Assembly: GCA_050294405.1 (NCBI GenBank)
Contig: JBNKOC010000012.1
Location: 448,001 to 512,000, forward strand
Direction: 5' to 3'
Length of the DNA stretch: 64,000 nt
Origin: Fibrobacteria bacterium
GTDB taxonomy: Bacteria > Fibrobacterota > Fibrobacteria > UBA11236 > JADFYW01
Shown here: in pieces, positions 1 to 9,429 of the stretch
Layout: the number at the start of each line of letters is the position of its first letter
How positions within the stretch are numbered: the stretch's first letter is position 1
Notes under the pieces: model-generated
Told to the model about the DNA's origin: nothing
Seen by the model: the letters and a program-made list of their open reading frames with translations, nothing else
The model's database searches: none
Made by a program: the position numbers and the translations under genes

Positions 1-2620
1 CTTTGGGGATGGCCGCCGCACAGCATCGAAAACCAATGGCTTTAAACTGATAAAACTCTTTGGCGTCCTTAAAATTTTGCACCGCTTCTTCGGGATAATT
101 TTTGATGTATCCGTACAAAAGTTTCGTGGGAAAACTTTTCCAATTTCCATTAACCTCTCTTGTTAACAGGGGGTGCTCGCTGTAAGCGCCATCCAAAACA
201 AGAGTATCCGAATAACTGAATTCCCGGTAATCCAAAGTGTCCAATACATATTCAAGATTGCTGTCGCTTCCAAACTCTTTTAAACTGTCGATCTCCTCTT
301 TGCTGAACAACACTTCAAGCAAAACTTTTTGATTGATTTCTACTCCGTTAAGCGCGTTTGAATCCGCCTTGCCGATATTTCTTATTTTGTATTCTTTAGA
401 TTCGCCATTTTTAAAATTTAGGGTCATGTATACGCTGTCTTTTTCCAGCTTTTTGCCATTTATGGTTTCTTCTCCCTTTTTGAATTCGGGCTTTCCAACT
501 ACCGGGGAGCTTATTTCCGGGCAAAAAACCGAATCCACATTGGAAGGATGTTTGTAGCGTACCGCCACATTTACAAACTCTGAAACACAGGAAGGGACAT
601 AAGCTGGCCGCTTTTGTTTGGGGCGGGATACCAGAGCCGTACATTGGGCTTTTTTCTGTAAATCTGCCACGCTGATTTGAGGCTTTAAATAGTTACCGCC
701 TTTAAACATGGGCGTAAGTTGTCCGCTATCCTCGGCTGCGACCCACTCCGACAGGTTCCCTGCTAAGTCGCGCACGCCTTCGTTGGTGATGCAGACGCTG
801 TTTCTAAGGCGAATATCAAAGGCCATGTCAATATCTCCAGCCCCCTGGTTGCAATGGGTTTGCAATAAGGAACTGCTGGCGCTGAGTTCTCCCAATTCGT
901 TGCCAAGATTATCCAAAGACTGGATACCATAAACATGCTTTTCTTCCCGCCCTCGACAGGCTCTTACCCATTGCTGTTCCGTGCAAAGATAATGCTGGCT
1001 TAGGCTATCGGCTTCATCCGCTACATCCCCGCAAATTTGCGCGGCCTCTGAAATAGTCACGGCGCTCATAAAATTTCCGCTGGAGTCCTGATGTTCCAGT
1101 TCTTCTATGCAAAAGGGAGTGTTATTGCCCTTAGCGATTAATTTATAGCCTGTGGGACAAGTATATCCCGTATCCGCAAAAAGAGTGGTAACGGAAAGGC
1201 TGCTAATATCGGACTTGTGTTGGGTGGAATCTTCCGCATATAATTTGAAATCAAACTTTTGCCCTGGAGCCAAATAATAAAAATAGGCCCGGTATAAATC
1301 CGATTCGGAATCGGGAGTTAATATGCGGCTTTGATTGGTAATGATGGATTGAGGCGCCGTGGGAGAAACTTCGATGTTTATGACTAAAGACTCCGGCTTG
1401 GCCTGGCTGCTGCTGTCGGGGATTTTGGTTTTCACCAAATGATAACTCATGATGTTCTGGTTGTCCTTTGTATCATCGGGGCGGCTATCCCTTGTGGGGG
1501 ACCAGCTCAATTCAATAATGTTAATGCCAATGCTATCGGCCTTAAAGTTTTCAATAGCTCTTGGTTTTGATGTATCTGTGGTGTTGAAGGTTAGCAATTC
1601 TGCGCCGCGGGTGCCCCGGTTGCCAAATTCGTCCACCGCATAAAACTGATAGGAATATTGATGCAAATCCTTAAGGCCTAATATTTGAAAATACATGGCG
1701 GATTGGTTGGGCGAATAACCATTGCCATCTTCCAGAAAAATATCATAGATGGCTATTTTACCGGTATCGCTGCTTAACCTGGTTACTTTAAAACCTGGGT
1801 TTTTTGAGCGGCCACTGGAATAAAATAAACTGTCTTTCTCCCGAACAAATACCATAGAATCAATTTTAAGAGTGGTGAGAGGTTCATCTGTTTTTTCCAC
1901 GTTTTTTAAAATGAGATGGTACCCGGAAATGTGCCCGCTGTCCGAGGCAGGATCGTTGTTAAAAAAGCTGGTTTTATCCCGGGGGCGCTTCCAGCTCAAA
2001 GTAAAGCTCTTATCCGTTACGCTGCGCTGGGATTGCAGTTTTTCGGGGGGGAAGCGATCGTCCACAATAATCTCCGTAAAGCGGGGAATACCAATATCGC
2101 CAGGGTAGACAGAAACCAATGCAAAATTAAAGGCGTAATCCACAGAATCCAACCGGGCTCCCATGCCCGATGTATCGAATTGATACCAGGGATAGCCCTT
2201 GTAATTTTTTTCCATTAACTGAACGGGGTCTCCCGAGTCGCCAAAAGAAAAAAGAATGCTGTCTTCTTCCACGATAAATTTATTCCAGGTGGTATCATTG
2301 GTTTTTTTATCAATGGATTTAACAGTAGAATCCTGGGTTGGCTTCAACGTTAGTACCGCTCCAATGGATTTTTCAGGCTTTTCCAGTATCTCTTTCCAGT
2401 TGGTAGTATCCAGATATATGCGTATGTTTTGAAACTTTTCTTTTTCAGAAGGGTTGCGCCAGGTGAGGATATATTTCTGGGGGTCGGGACTATCCTCTTC
2501 AAATTCTGTGGGAGTTAAAAATCCATCCGGTGATTTTAAATAGGCAAAACTTCTTTCCCTGGGATCATCGCTGCAATAAAAAAGGGCCAGAGACCCAAAA
2601 AGAAACCAAATCCATTTCAT
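1..2620 (-). CDS. Large lipoprotein (partial, runs off the left edge) with FN3-like domains and a C-terminal FGE-sulfatase/SUMF1-fold domain
   Basis: Absent from the ORF track because it has no stop in the window. ATG at 2620 gives MKWIWFLFGSLALFYC (lipobox-like Cys). The same frame carries GVRDLAGNLSEWV, MFKGGNY (~689-709) and AIGFRCC (20-40), plus FN3-like strands such as YQFYAVDEFGN. Confidence 0.8.
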   Translation of the reverse strand, partial: MKWIWFLFGSLALFYCSDDPRERSFAYLKSPDGFLTPTEFEEDSPDPQKYILTWRNPSEKEKFQNIRIYLDTTNWKEILEKPEKSIGAVLTLKPTQDSTVKSIDKKTNDTTWNKFIVEEDSILFSFGDSGDPVQLMEKNYKGYPWYQFDTSGMGARLDSVDYAFNFALVSVYPGDIGIPRFTEIIVDDRFPPEKLQSQRSVTDKSFTLSWKRPRDKTSFFNNDPASDSGHISGYHLILKNVEKTDEPLTTLKIDSMVFVREKDSLFYSSGRSKNPGFKVTRLSSDTGKIAIYDIFLEDGNGYSPNQSAMYFQILGLKDLHQYSYQFYAVDEFGNRGTRGAELLTFNTTDTSKPRAIENFKADSIGINIIELSWSPTRDSRPDDTKDNQNIMSYHLVKTKIPDSSSQAKPESLVINIEVSPTAPQSIITNQSRILTPDSESDLYRAYFYYLAPGQKFDFKLYAEDSTQHKSDISSLSVTTLFADTGYTCPTGYKLIAKGNNTPFCIEELEHQDSSGNFMSAVTISEAAQICGDVADEADSLSQHYLCTEQQWVRACRGREEKHVYGIQSLDNLGNELGELSASSSLLQTHCNQGAGDIDMAFDIRLRNSVCITNEGVRDLAGNLSEWVAAEDSGQLTPMFKGGNYLKPQISVADLQKKAQCTALVSRPKQKRPAYVPSCVSEFVNVAVRYKHPSNVDSVFCPEISSPVVGKPEFKKGEETINGKKLEKDSVYMTLNFKNGESKEYKIRNIGKADSNALNGVEINQKVLLEVLFSKEEIDSLKEFGSDSNLEYVLDTLDYREFSYSDTLVLDGAYSEHPLLTREVNGNWKSFPTKLLYGYIKNYPEEAVQNFKDAKEFYQFKAIGFRCCAAAIPK

Positions 2621-2631
2621 AAGAACATTAT

Positions 2632-2666
2632 AAAAAACCCACTGGAGACTATCCAGTGGGCCTTTT
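2632..2666 (-). terminator. Rho-independent terminator after rpmA
   Basis: CCCACTGGA-gacta-TCCAGTGGG hairpin followed by a U-run on the minus strand. Confidence 0.75.
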
Positions 2667-2690
2667 ATTCAAACTGTAAATTTAAAGCGA

Positions 2691-2954
2691 TTACGCAGCA
2701 GCCAAGGGTTCCACACCAACGGTGGTTTTAGTTTGGCTTACCTTTTGGAATTTAACATGGCCATCAATCAGGCTAAAAATGGTGTAATCTTTTCCAAGAC
2801 CCACATTTTTACCGGGGTGCCATTTAGTTCCTTTTTGACGGATAATAATATTACCTGGTTTAACCAGCTCACCGCCGAATTTTTTAACGCCCAAATACTG
2901 TGGATTTGAGTCTCTTCCGTTTTTTGTGCTTCCTAAACCTTTTTTGTGCGCCAT
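2691..2954 (-). CDS. rpmA: 50S ribosomal protein L27
   Basis: [16 protein letters not shown]...[19 protein letters not shown]; adjacent to rplU. Confidence 0.98.
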   Translation of the reverse strand: MAHKKGLGSTKNGRDSNPQYLGVKKFGGELVKPGNIIIRQKGTKWHPGKNVGLGKDYTIFSLIDGHVKFQKVSQTKTTVGVEPLAAA

Positions 2955-2957
2955 GAT

Positions 2958-3392
2958 TTATCCCTCTTGTTCTTCTTTACTTTTCGCCTTTTTTTGGGCG
3001 GGCTCTTTGGCCTTTGCAATTGCAGCAGCGCGAACCCTGGCTCTTTCGATTGCTTTTTTATCGGCAGACTTTTTACCTGCAGAAGAATCGATTTCCACCA
3101 CAATTATCTCAGAGAAATCCTGACGGTGGCCCTGTGTGCGGCGATACCCTTGTCTTCTTTTCTTTTTGAAAACTTTAACTTTGTCAGCTTTGCCATGGGC
3201 CAAAACTTCGCATTTTACAGAGGCATTATCCAGAATAGGTGCGCCCACTTCAATTTTATCGCCGTTGGCAACTAACAATACATCACTGATGGATATTTCC
3301 GATCCAACTTCGGCTTCTAATTTGGGAACTTTCAAGGTTTCGCCAATGGTCACCTTTTGCTGAAAGCCGCCGGATTTAATAACAGAATACAT
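2958..3392 (-). CDS. rplU: 50S ribosomal protein L21 with a Lys/Ala-rich C-terminal extension
   Basis: MYSVIKSGG...KVFKKKRRQGYRRTQGHRQ. Confidence 0.97.
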   Translation of the reverse strand: MYSVIKSGGFQQKVTIGETLKVPKLEAEVGSEISISDVLLVANGDKIEVGAPILDNASVKCEVLAHGKADKVKVFKKKRRQGYRRTQGHRQDFSEIIVVEIDSSAGKKSADKKAIERARVRAAAIAKAKEPAQKKAKSKEEQEG

Positions 3393-3486
3393 GCTTATTC
3401 CTTAATTTCATCTAAAAAAATCTGGTGGAAAGTTATTAAATTAACTCCAGATTGCAAGGGAACGAGCCTTATTTTAAGGCCTTTGC

Positions 3487-4515
3487 TTATTGTAACCCAC
3501 CTGCGTTTAAATCGGAAGACAATTCACCCTTGTACTGGGGGTTCAGGTATTTCACATTGAACTTTTTGTACAGGGTTTGCAAGTAACCTTCCAATTTTTC
3601 CTGATTTTCACGGGTTTTTTCCAAAACGTAAATCTGCATTATTTTCAGTTTTGAATTTTCAAAGCTTTTATCATTTTTATCTGTGAGTAAAAACAAATGA
3701 AGTCCCAAGGGGGTTTTAAAAACCGGGGAAATTTCTCCAACTTTTAAATTTTTCACGTTTTTATCAAAATCAGGCATAAAATCACCTAATTCAAAGGTGC
3801 CTAAATCTCCACCTAGTTGGGCTTCTTCTCCTTCAGAATGAAGGGCCGCCAGTCTGGCAAACTTTTCCAGCAAAATATCAATATGGGGCTCAGCCAAAAG
3901 GTGTTCCCTGATTTTTTCCAGTTTTTCCCGCTTGGTTTTTTCCTCATCTGCTGATTTTCCTTTTCCAAGCTTGAGTAAAATTTGCGATCCCCTTAATTTC
4001 TTGTTTTTAGGGAATTTATCCTTATTTTTTTCAAAATACTGCTTCATTTCCCCTTCGTTGGGTCTTGCAGGAGCGCTAACTATGCTGGCCAATAGCTTTT
4101 CCATTTTTATTTGACGTTCCATTTTTTCCCGCAGGGATTTTTCGGAATCTCCCACCTGTTTTAAGGCTTTTTCATACCCGCCGTTATCTCCAAAAGAAGA
4201 TTTAAAAACAGCCATTACAGAATCCACCTCGGCTTTTCCCACAGGTATTTTTTGGCTTTTGGCTTCTGCGTACAAAAGTTCCTGACTCACCAGGTTTCCC
4301 GCCACAATTTTAACCAGATACTCATATTCTTCTTTGGTTAGGGCCTTTTCTCCAAATTGCTGCCTTCCCAACAAAACCACCAGCGAATCAATGCGCTCTT
4401 TAGTAATAGGAACATCGTTCACTTGAATAACAGTTGTGCCTTTGGCGAAAACAAAACAGGGCAACAGGCCAAAAAATAAAAGTACAAGAGCGAATTTTTT
4501 AAAGTTATGCTTCAT
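3487..4515 (-). CDS. Periplasmic SurA/PrsA-like peptidyl-prolyl isomerase (PpiC/parvulin)
   Basis: Signal peptide, SurA-N-like helical region, parvulin motifs GGDLG and GEISPVFKTPLGLHLF. Confidence 0.85.
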   Translation of the reverse strand: MKHNFKKFALVLLFFGLLPCFVFAKGTTVIQVNDVPITKERIDSLVVLLGRQQFGEKALTKEEYEYLVKIVAGNLVSQELLYAEAKSQKIPVGKAEVDSVMAVFKSSFGDNGGYEKALKQVGDSEKSLREKMERQIKMEKLLASIVSAPARPNEGEMKQYFEKNKDKFPKNKKLRGSQILLKLGKGKSADEEKTKREKLEKIREHLLAEPHIDILLEKFARLAALHSEGEEAQLGGDLGTFELGDFMPDFDKNVKNLKVGEISPVFKTPLGLHLFLLTDKNDKSFENSKLKIMQIYVLEKTRENQEKLEGYLQTLYKKFNVKYLNPQYKGELSSDLNAGGLQ

Positions 4516-4723
4516 TTGATTCTTTTTTTCAGGTGGTTCTGGATTAAAGGGCGTGGCAAATTAATCCAAAGGATTTTATATCTTACAAAAAGTTAATTAA
4601 TTGTTCTAAAGGGGTTCAAATTTTGGCCACGGGGGTGATCTTTCCCCTAAAAGTCGGAAAATCCTCTCGGAAAAATGAGGAATCCTTGCAAATTATTCAG
4701 GGGAATTGAAGTTTTAGGAAATC

Positions 4724-6304
4724 ATGTCTGAAAAAACCATTGTTTATGACTTAATCATTGTAGGTGGCGGGATAAATGGAGCCGCTTTGGCAAGAGCCGC
4801 AGGCCACGCGGGGCTTAAAACCATCCTATTTGAAAAATCTGATTTTGCCGGCGGCACCAGTTCTGAATCCTCCAAATTAATCCATGGTGGACTGCGTTAT
4901 CTGGAGTATGGAGAGTTTGGCCTGGTTAAAGAATCTTTAAAAGAAAGAAAAATATTGCTGGAAACAGCTCCGCACCTGGTAAAAGAGGGTAGGTTTGTGT
5001 TGCCGGTAGGCAAACGCAGCTCCCGGCCTCGCTGGATGTACAAAGCTGGTATGATGTTGTATGATTTGTTCGCAGGGAAATACCGCTTGCATAGGCATGA
5101 ATTTGCAAACTCCGCCCAGCTAGAGAAAAAATATCCGGAACTTTTGCCATCTGAAAAGACGGGGGCTTATATATACAGCGATTGTTATATGGATGACTCC
5201 CGGCTATGTATGGAGAACCTGCTGGATGCGGCAAAAATGGGAGTGGAACTTAAAAATTATTGCGAGTTTTTGGGTGTGGAAGAAAACACCATGTGGGAAA
5301 AAGATACCATTTTGGAAGTGACCGTAGAAGACAGGCAAGATGGCACCAACCGGGAATATTTGGCCCGCAAATTGATGTTTGCCTTAGGCCCCTGGAATGA
5401 CCAGGTTTTAAAAAAGGAATTTACTAGTATGAAGCCCCAACTCTTGCGAAGCCAAGGGGCTCATCTGTTTGTTAAAAAACTGCCTTTTTCCGAAAGCTTT
5501 TTGCTTCCGGTTCCAAACACCAATCGCCTTATGTTTGTGCTGCCTTTTAAAGAGGGGCATTTAATCGGAACTACAGAAACGGCAGTGGGAAATGAGGACG
5601 AAGGCCCTTTTATTCCCAAGGAGTCCGAAATTTCAGAAATCGAAAAAAATTTTACGGAATATTTTCCCAACATCAAACTGGAAAAAATATGCACTATTGC
5701 CGGTGTGCGTCCCCTTGCTAAAGGTAAAACCAAGCAACATACCAAAGCCTCCAGAACTCATAAATTTCATAAATTGCACGACTTAGTTTTTAGCGGAGTG
5801 GGAGGAAAGTACACCACCTTTAGAGTGTTTGCCCATGATTTTTTTAAGTATGTATATGGCAAATCCTTTGAAAATCCTGACTTAAGTGGCAAAAAATTTC
5901 CCGGGGCTTTTTTGGAGTCCAGAGAAAATATTCTGGATAAAATTAATAAGCTGGGTTTTGACAGGGAATTGGCCCAAAGCTGGTTAAATACATATGGCCA
6001 GAGGGCTTTGGAACTGGCCCAGTACATCAGCGAAAAAGAATCTCATAAACAGCTTATTTCCAAAAAATACCAGCTATTGGAAGGCGAAGTCCATTTTGCC
6101 ATCGACCGGGAGTTTGCCAAACTTCCCGTGGATTTTTTGCGCCGCCGCCGGGCTTTGTATTTTAGCGAAGGAGGCGGGTATGATGTTTATATGGATGTGA
6201 AAAAAATCTTTTCGGAACGTCTTCCAGAGTACAAACATCTTGAAGAAGAAGAAAGTTATCCTGCTTTTTTAAAGCGCTATTCCCATGTTGCGGTAGAATC
6301 TTGA
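4724..6304 (+). CDS. glpD: FAD-dependent glycerol-3-phosphate dehydrogenase
   Basis: DLIIVGGGING, GTSSESSKLIHGGLRYLE, GVRPL, GGKYTTFR. Confidence 0.92.
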   Translation: MSEKTIVYDLIIVGGGINGAALARAAGHAGLKTILFEKSDFAGGTSSESSKLIHGGLRYLEYGEFGLVKESLKERKILLETAPHLVKEGRFVLPVGKRSSRPRWMYKAGMMLYDLFAGKYRLHRHEFANSAQLEKKYPELLPSEKTGAYIYSDCYMDDSRLCMENLLDAAKMGVELKNYCEFLGVEENTMWEKDTILEVTVEDRQDGTNREYLARKLMFALGPWNDQVLKKEFTSMKPQLLRSQGAHLFVKKLPFSESFLLPVPNTNRLMFVLPFKEGHLIGTTETAVGNEDEGPFIPKESEISEIEKNFTEYFPNIKLEKICTIAGVRPLAKGKTKQHTKASRTHKFHKLHDLVFSGVGGKYTTFRVFAHDFFKYVYGKSFENPDLSGKKFPGAFLESRENILDKINKLGFDRELAQSWLNTYGQRALELAQYISEKESHKQLISKKYQLLEGEVHFAIDREFAKLPVDFLRRRRALYFSEGGGYDVYMDVKKIFSERLPEYKHLEEEESYPAFLKRYSHVAVES

Positions 6305-6333
6305 AATTTGACCACAACTATTAATGGGCAGCT

Positions 6334-7317
6334 TTAAAAAACGTCAAAAGGCGGCTTACGTAGGTCCAGCATTTTGACTTTTTGGGCCAATTGGATTTCA
6401 ACGGATTTCCCCCTAAATTTTTTTGAGAAATCTTCTCCATCAATTTGGAAAAATTCTTTATCTCCTGCCGTAAATTTTACGGACTTAGCTAAAACATTTT
6501 CTCCCATGCCTTTCATCCAATGAGAAAGGTAGGGGATAAGGCGGGAAAGAGTTTGCCCCAAGGCGTATTTTATGGGGGAGCGAAAAACGGTGATGTTTAT
6601 AAGTCCATCTTCAAAATTTGGAGGAGGGAACGGGCAGCTTCCCCCTGCATAAGAGGGAATATTGGATAACACACAACAAGAAGCGCCCTCTATTTTAAGC
6701 TCGTTTTGTCGGCCATCATACTCGTATTGGAGATTGTATTTGTCTTTAATGCGATAGTTGAAATTTTTTAAAAACAAAACGAAGTAGGCAATCTTATTGG
6801 CCAAAGACCAGGTGGGGAAATTTTTATTACATCGCAATTTATGAAATTTGTGGAGGATGGCGGCGTCCATTCCAAAACTAAAATAAGCGGACAAGGTGTA
6901 CTTTTTATTGATGTTCCAAATATCCAGCTCCACTGAACCTGCCCGCACCAATCTTTTGATACATGCTAATAGTCCTCTTTCCCGGTATACATTATAAATT
7001 CCCAGGGTTCGCCCTAAATCATTGCCGGTTCCCAAGGGAATGAGTCCCACTTCGGTATCTGGAAAGGAATGGATTCGAAGCTGGTTTAAAATAAGGCCCA
7101 TGGTCCCGTCTCCGCCCACTGCAATGACCCGCTTGGAGTTTTTTAAAAGAAAAACTGATTGTTCATCCATTTTCTCGGGATTGGTAAATTCAGCGGTCCA
7201 GTCGCTTTGATGAAAGTCAAAGGCTCGCATAATTTCCGGCAGTTGGTTAAAAACCCTTTTTCCCAATCCATCTCCGCTTACAGGGTTGATTAAAAATGAG
7301 ATGGAAAATTTTTTCAT
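6334..7317 (-). CDS. Diacylglycerol kinase family lipid kinase with eukaryote-like motifs
   Basis: INPVSG, GGDGT, IPLGTGNDLGR, YFSFGMDA, NIPSYAGG, QIDGE. Confidence 0.85.
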   Translation of the reverse strand: MKKFSISFLINPVSGDGLGKRVFNQLPEIMRAFDFHQSDWTAEFTNPEKMDEQSVFLLKNSKRVIAVGGDGTMGLILNQLRIHSFPDTEVGLIPLGTGNDLGRTLGIYNVYRERGLLACIKRLVRAGSVELDIWNINKKYTLSAYFSFGMDAAILHKFHKLRCNKNFPTWSLANKIAYFVLFLKNFNYRIKDKYNLQYEYDGRQNELKIEGASCCVLSNIPSYAGGSCPFPPPNFEDGLINITVFRSPIKYALGQTLSRLIPYLSHWMKGMGENVLAKSVKFTAGDKEFFQIDGEDFSKKFRGKSVEIQLAQKVKMLDLRKPPFDVF

Positions 7318-7925
7318 GGGGAAGATGTTGAAAAGAGTTTGAAAAATTTAAGGAGAATAAAGTCCTTGATGCGACTGGTTACCTCCCTTAAAGGCGTTCT
7401 TTCTTTTTTTCCTCCGTTAAAACCCTGAACCGAAAGTCCGTAACATTGAATTCCCAAAGACCTGGCGATATATACGGCTCGGGGCAGGTGGTAGGCCTGG
7501 CTAACGATTAGAAGGGAAGCGTTTTTATGGCTGCTTTTAAAATTTTGTATGGATGAGTAGGTGGAAACCCCTCGGGGATCCACGCTTATTTTGTTTTGGG
7601 AGACTCCTTTTTCTTTGGCGTAATCCATCATGGCTAGTGGTTCATTATATCCGTTTGGGATAGAGTGGCCGGAAAAGATAATGGGGATGGAGTCCTTTAA
7701 GTTATGGACAAAAAGCGCCGCCTCCACTCTATTTCTAAGGGTGGGAGAAAGTTTTCCAGAACGAAACACACTGGCCCCAGGCACTAGCACATAATTTAAA
7801 TCTGATAGTTCGTGGGGGTCGGTGTATATATAAGGTCGGGTGGCTGCCAGAATGTAATGGTTAAAAATCCAGCTGCCCACCACTAAAATGGCAATTAATA
7901 AGGCGAGGGATTTTAAATATCTCAC
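7314..7925 (-). CDS. SanA/YdcF (DUF218) family protein
   Basis: N-terminal TM helix, VLVPGASV, SG...YNEP, VSQAYHLPRAVYIA. Confidence 0.85.
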   Translation of the reverse strand: MRYLKSLALLIAILVVGSWIFNHYILAATRPYIYTDPHELSDLNYVLVPGASVFRSGKLSPTLRNRVEAALFVHNLKDSIPIIFSGHSIPNGYNEPLAMMDYAKEKGVSQNKISVDPRGVSTYSSIQNFKSSHKNASLLIVSQAYHLPRAVYIARSLGIQCYGLSVQGFNGGKKERTPLREVTSRIKDFILLKFFKLFSTSSP

Positions 7926-8437
7926 GGAGAACCGTTTAAATATTGGTTTTTTACGCCAACATATTTTAAGGACAATTTAAAAATATCTTCTATTTCCGAA
8001 TCGCTCAGCTTTCTTATAAGTTTAGCGGGGGAACCCATGATTAAACTTCCAGGAGGAAAAGATTTGTCTTTTGGCACCAGGGTTCCAGCTGCAATTAAAG
8101 AGTTGTCTCCCACTTGGCAACCGTCTAATAAAATCGATCCCATGCCCACTAAGACGCTGTTTCCAACTTTGCAGGCGTGAATGCAACATTGATGCCCCAC
8201 CGATACATTGTCTCCAATTTCCACGCCAAGAGGAGTGGAAACATGGATAACAGAATTGTCCTGGATGTTAGTGCTTTTTCCCAGCTGGATACTGTTGATA
8301 TCCCCCCTTAAAGTACAATTAAAAAAAACGGAGCTTTCTTCTCCTAAATAAACCTGCCCAATTATATCGGCGCTTGGCGCGATAAAATTACTGGGGCCAA
8401 TTTGGGGACGATAATCTTGAAAATTTAAAATAGCCAT
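7922..8437 (-). CDS. Gamma carbonic anhydrase family (hexapeptide repeat) protein
   Basis: LRGDINSIQLG..NIQDNSVIH..VSVGHQCCIHAC. Confidence 0.92.
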   Translation of the reverse strand: MAILNFQDYRPQIGPSNFIAPSADIIGQVYLGEESSVFFNCTLRGDINSIQLGKSTNIQDNSVIHVSTPLGVEIGDNVSVGHQCCIHACKVGNSVLVGMGSILLDGCQVGDNSLIAAGTLVPKDKSFPPGSLIMGSPAKLIRKLSDSEIEDIFKLSLKYVGVKNQYLNGSP

Positions 8438-8463
8438 AATAGTATATGGCGATTAAAATAGAC

Positions 8464-8499
8464 AAAGGACTGGACTCACACAAGTACCAGTCCCCTTTT
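8464..8499 (-). terminator. Probable terminator downstream of ndk
   Basis: GGACTGG...CCAGTCC stem with A/T tails on both sides. Confidence 0.5.
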
Positions 8500-8500
8500 A

Positions 8501-8624
8501 GGGCGTCTCTAAAAATTGGGCGTCGCGGGCTCCTTCAAGCTCGCCGGGCTATCAATTTAAGCATCCTCGGTTCGTCATCGTGAGCCTCGCTCACAACCAC
8601 GATCATCAATTTTAAAAGATGCCC
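8501..8624. mobile_element. MITE-like palindromic element (124 bp)
   Basis: Imperfect terminal inverted repeats GGGCGTCTCTAAAAATTG (8501-8518) and CAATTTTAAAAGATGCCC (8607-8624), 15/18 matches; GC-rich interior with a GTGAGC-ctc-GCTCAC hairpin; no convincing coding capacity. Confidence 0.5.
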
Positions 8625-8630
8625 GTAGAA

Positions 8631-9077
8631 TCAATCGCTACATTTAAAAGATTTTGGCGCAAATTGAACCAATTCTGATTCTTCAAACCAATATCCAATT
8701 TCCCTTTGTGCGCTTTCCGGAGAGTCGGAAGAGTGCACGATATTTTTCCCAACATCGGGGGCAAAATCAAAGCGGATGGTGCCTGGATCTGCATTGTCGG
8801 GGTTGGTGGCTCCGTTAATGGTGCGGGCGGCGCTTATGGCTTTTTCACCGTAAAGCACGGCCACTACTGCGGGGCCTGAAGACATAAAATCAACCAGCCC
8901 ATCAAAAAAAGGTTTGCCTTCATGTTCTGCATAAAAACCGGCGAATTTTTCTTTTGAAAAATGGCCAATGCGAATTCCCCGTAGAGATAATCGTGACTTT
9001 TCATAGCGACCCAGGATTTCCCCGACCAGACCACTGGCTACCCCATTGGGTTTAATCATAATAAATGTGGATTCCAT
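8631..9077 (-). CDS. ndk: Nucleoside diphosphate kinase
   Basis: TFIMIKPNGV, GATNP..ADPGTIR, NIVHSSDS. Confidence 0.96.
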   Translation of the reverse strand: MESTFIMIKPNGVASGLVGEILGRYEKSRLSLRGIRIGHFSKEKFAGFYAEHEGKPFFDGLVDFMSSGPAVVAVLYGEKAISAARTINGATNPDNADPGTIRFDFAPDVGKNIVHSSDSPESAQREIGYWFEESELVQFAPKSFKCSD

Positions 9078-9197
9078 ATTTGTTCCTTTCTTTTTTACTC
9101 AAGTTATGAAATTTTAGGAAAATCCTCAAAACCCGGATTGTTTGGTGTTTGAAATAACATGGCAATTTAATGTTAAAACATTATATTTTGCCCCAAA

Positions 9198-9273
9198 GCG
9201 GATTTAGCTCAGTTGGTAGAGCTCTTGCTTCCCAAGCAAGTGGTCGTCGGTTCGAGTCCGATAATCCGCTCCA
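9198..9273 (+). tRNA. tRNA-Gly(CCC), CCA encoded
   Basis: GCGGATT/AATCCGC acceptor stem, D-arm AGCTCAGTTGGTAGAGC, anticodon arm CTTGC-TTCCCAA-GCAAG, T-arm GGTTCGAGTCC, ends TCCA. Confidence 0.97.
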
Positions 9274-9364
9274 TTTTAAGCTCGCAAATTCGGTATTGTT
9301 CTCGTCGGAGTATAGTCATACACCTCCTCGAACGGCTTTGAATTTGCGGCTTAAAATGGAGCGG
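9266..9364. repeat. Long inverted repeat whose left arm includes the tRNA 3' end
   Basis: CCGCTCCATTTTAAGCTCGCAAATTC (9266-9291) pairs with GAATTTGCGGCTTAAAATGGAGCGG (9340-9364) with a single 1-nt bulge. Confidence 0.85.
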
Positions 9365-9429
9365 TTCCCTTCCCAATTTTGGAGTAATCTCTTCCTTGTT
9401 TTCGTCGCAGTGGACAACCACAGCCTTTT

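Noticed and set aside
333..2218. Short ORFs listed in the first 2.2 kb
   Set aside because: They are shadows of the long minus-strand CDS 1..2620.
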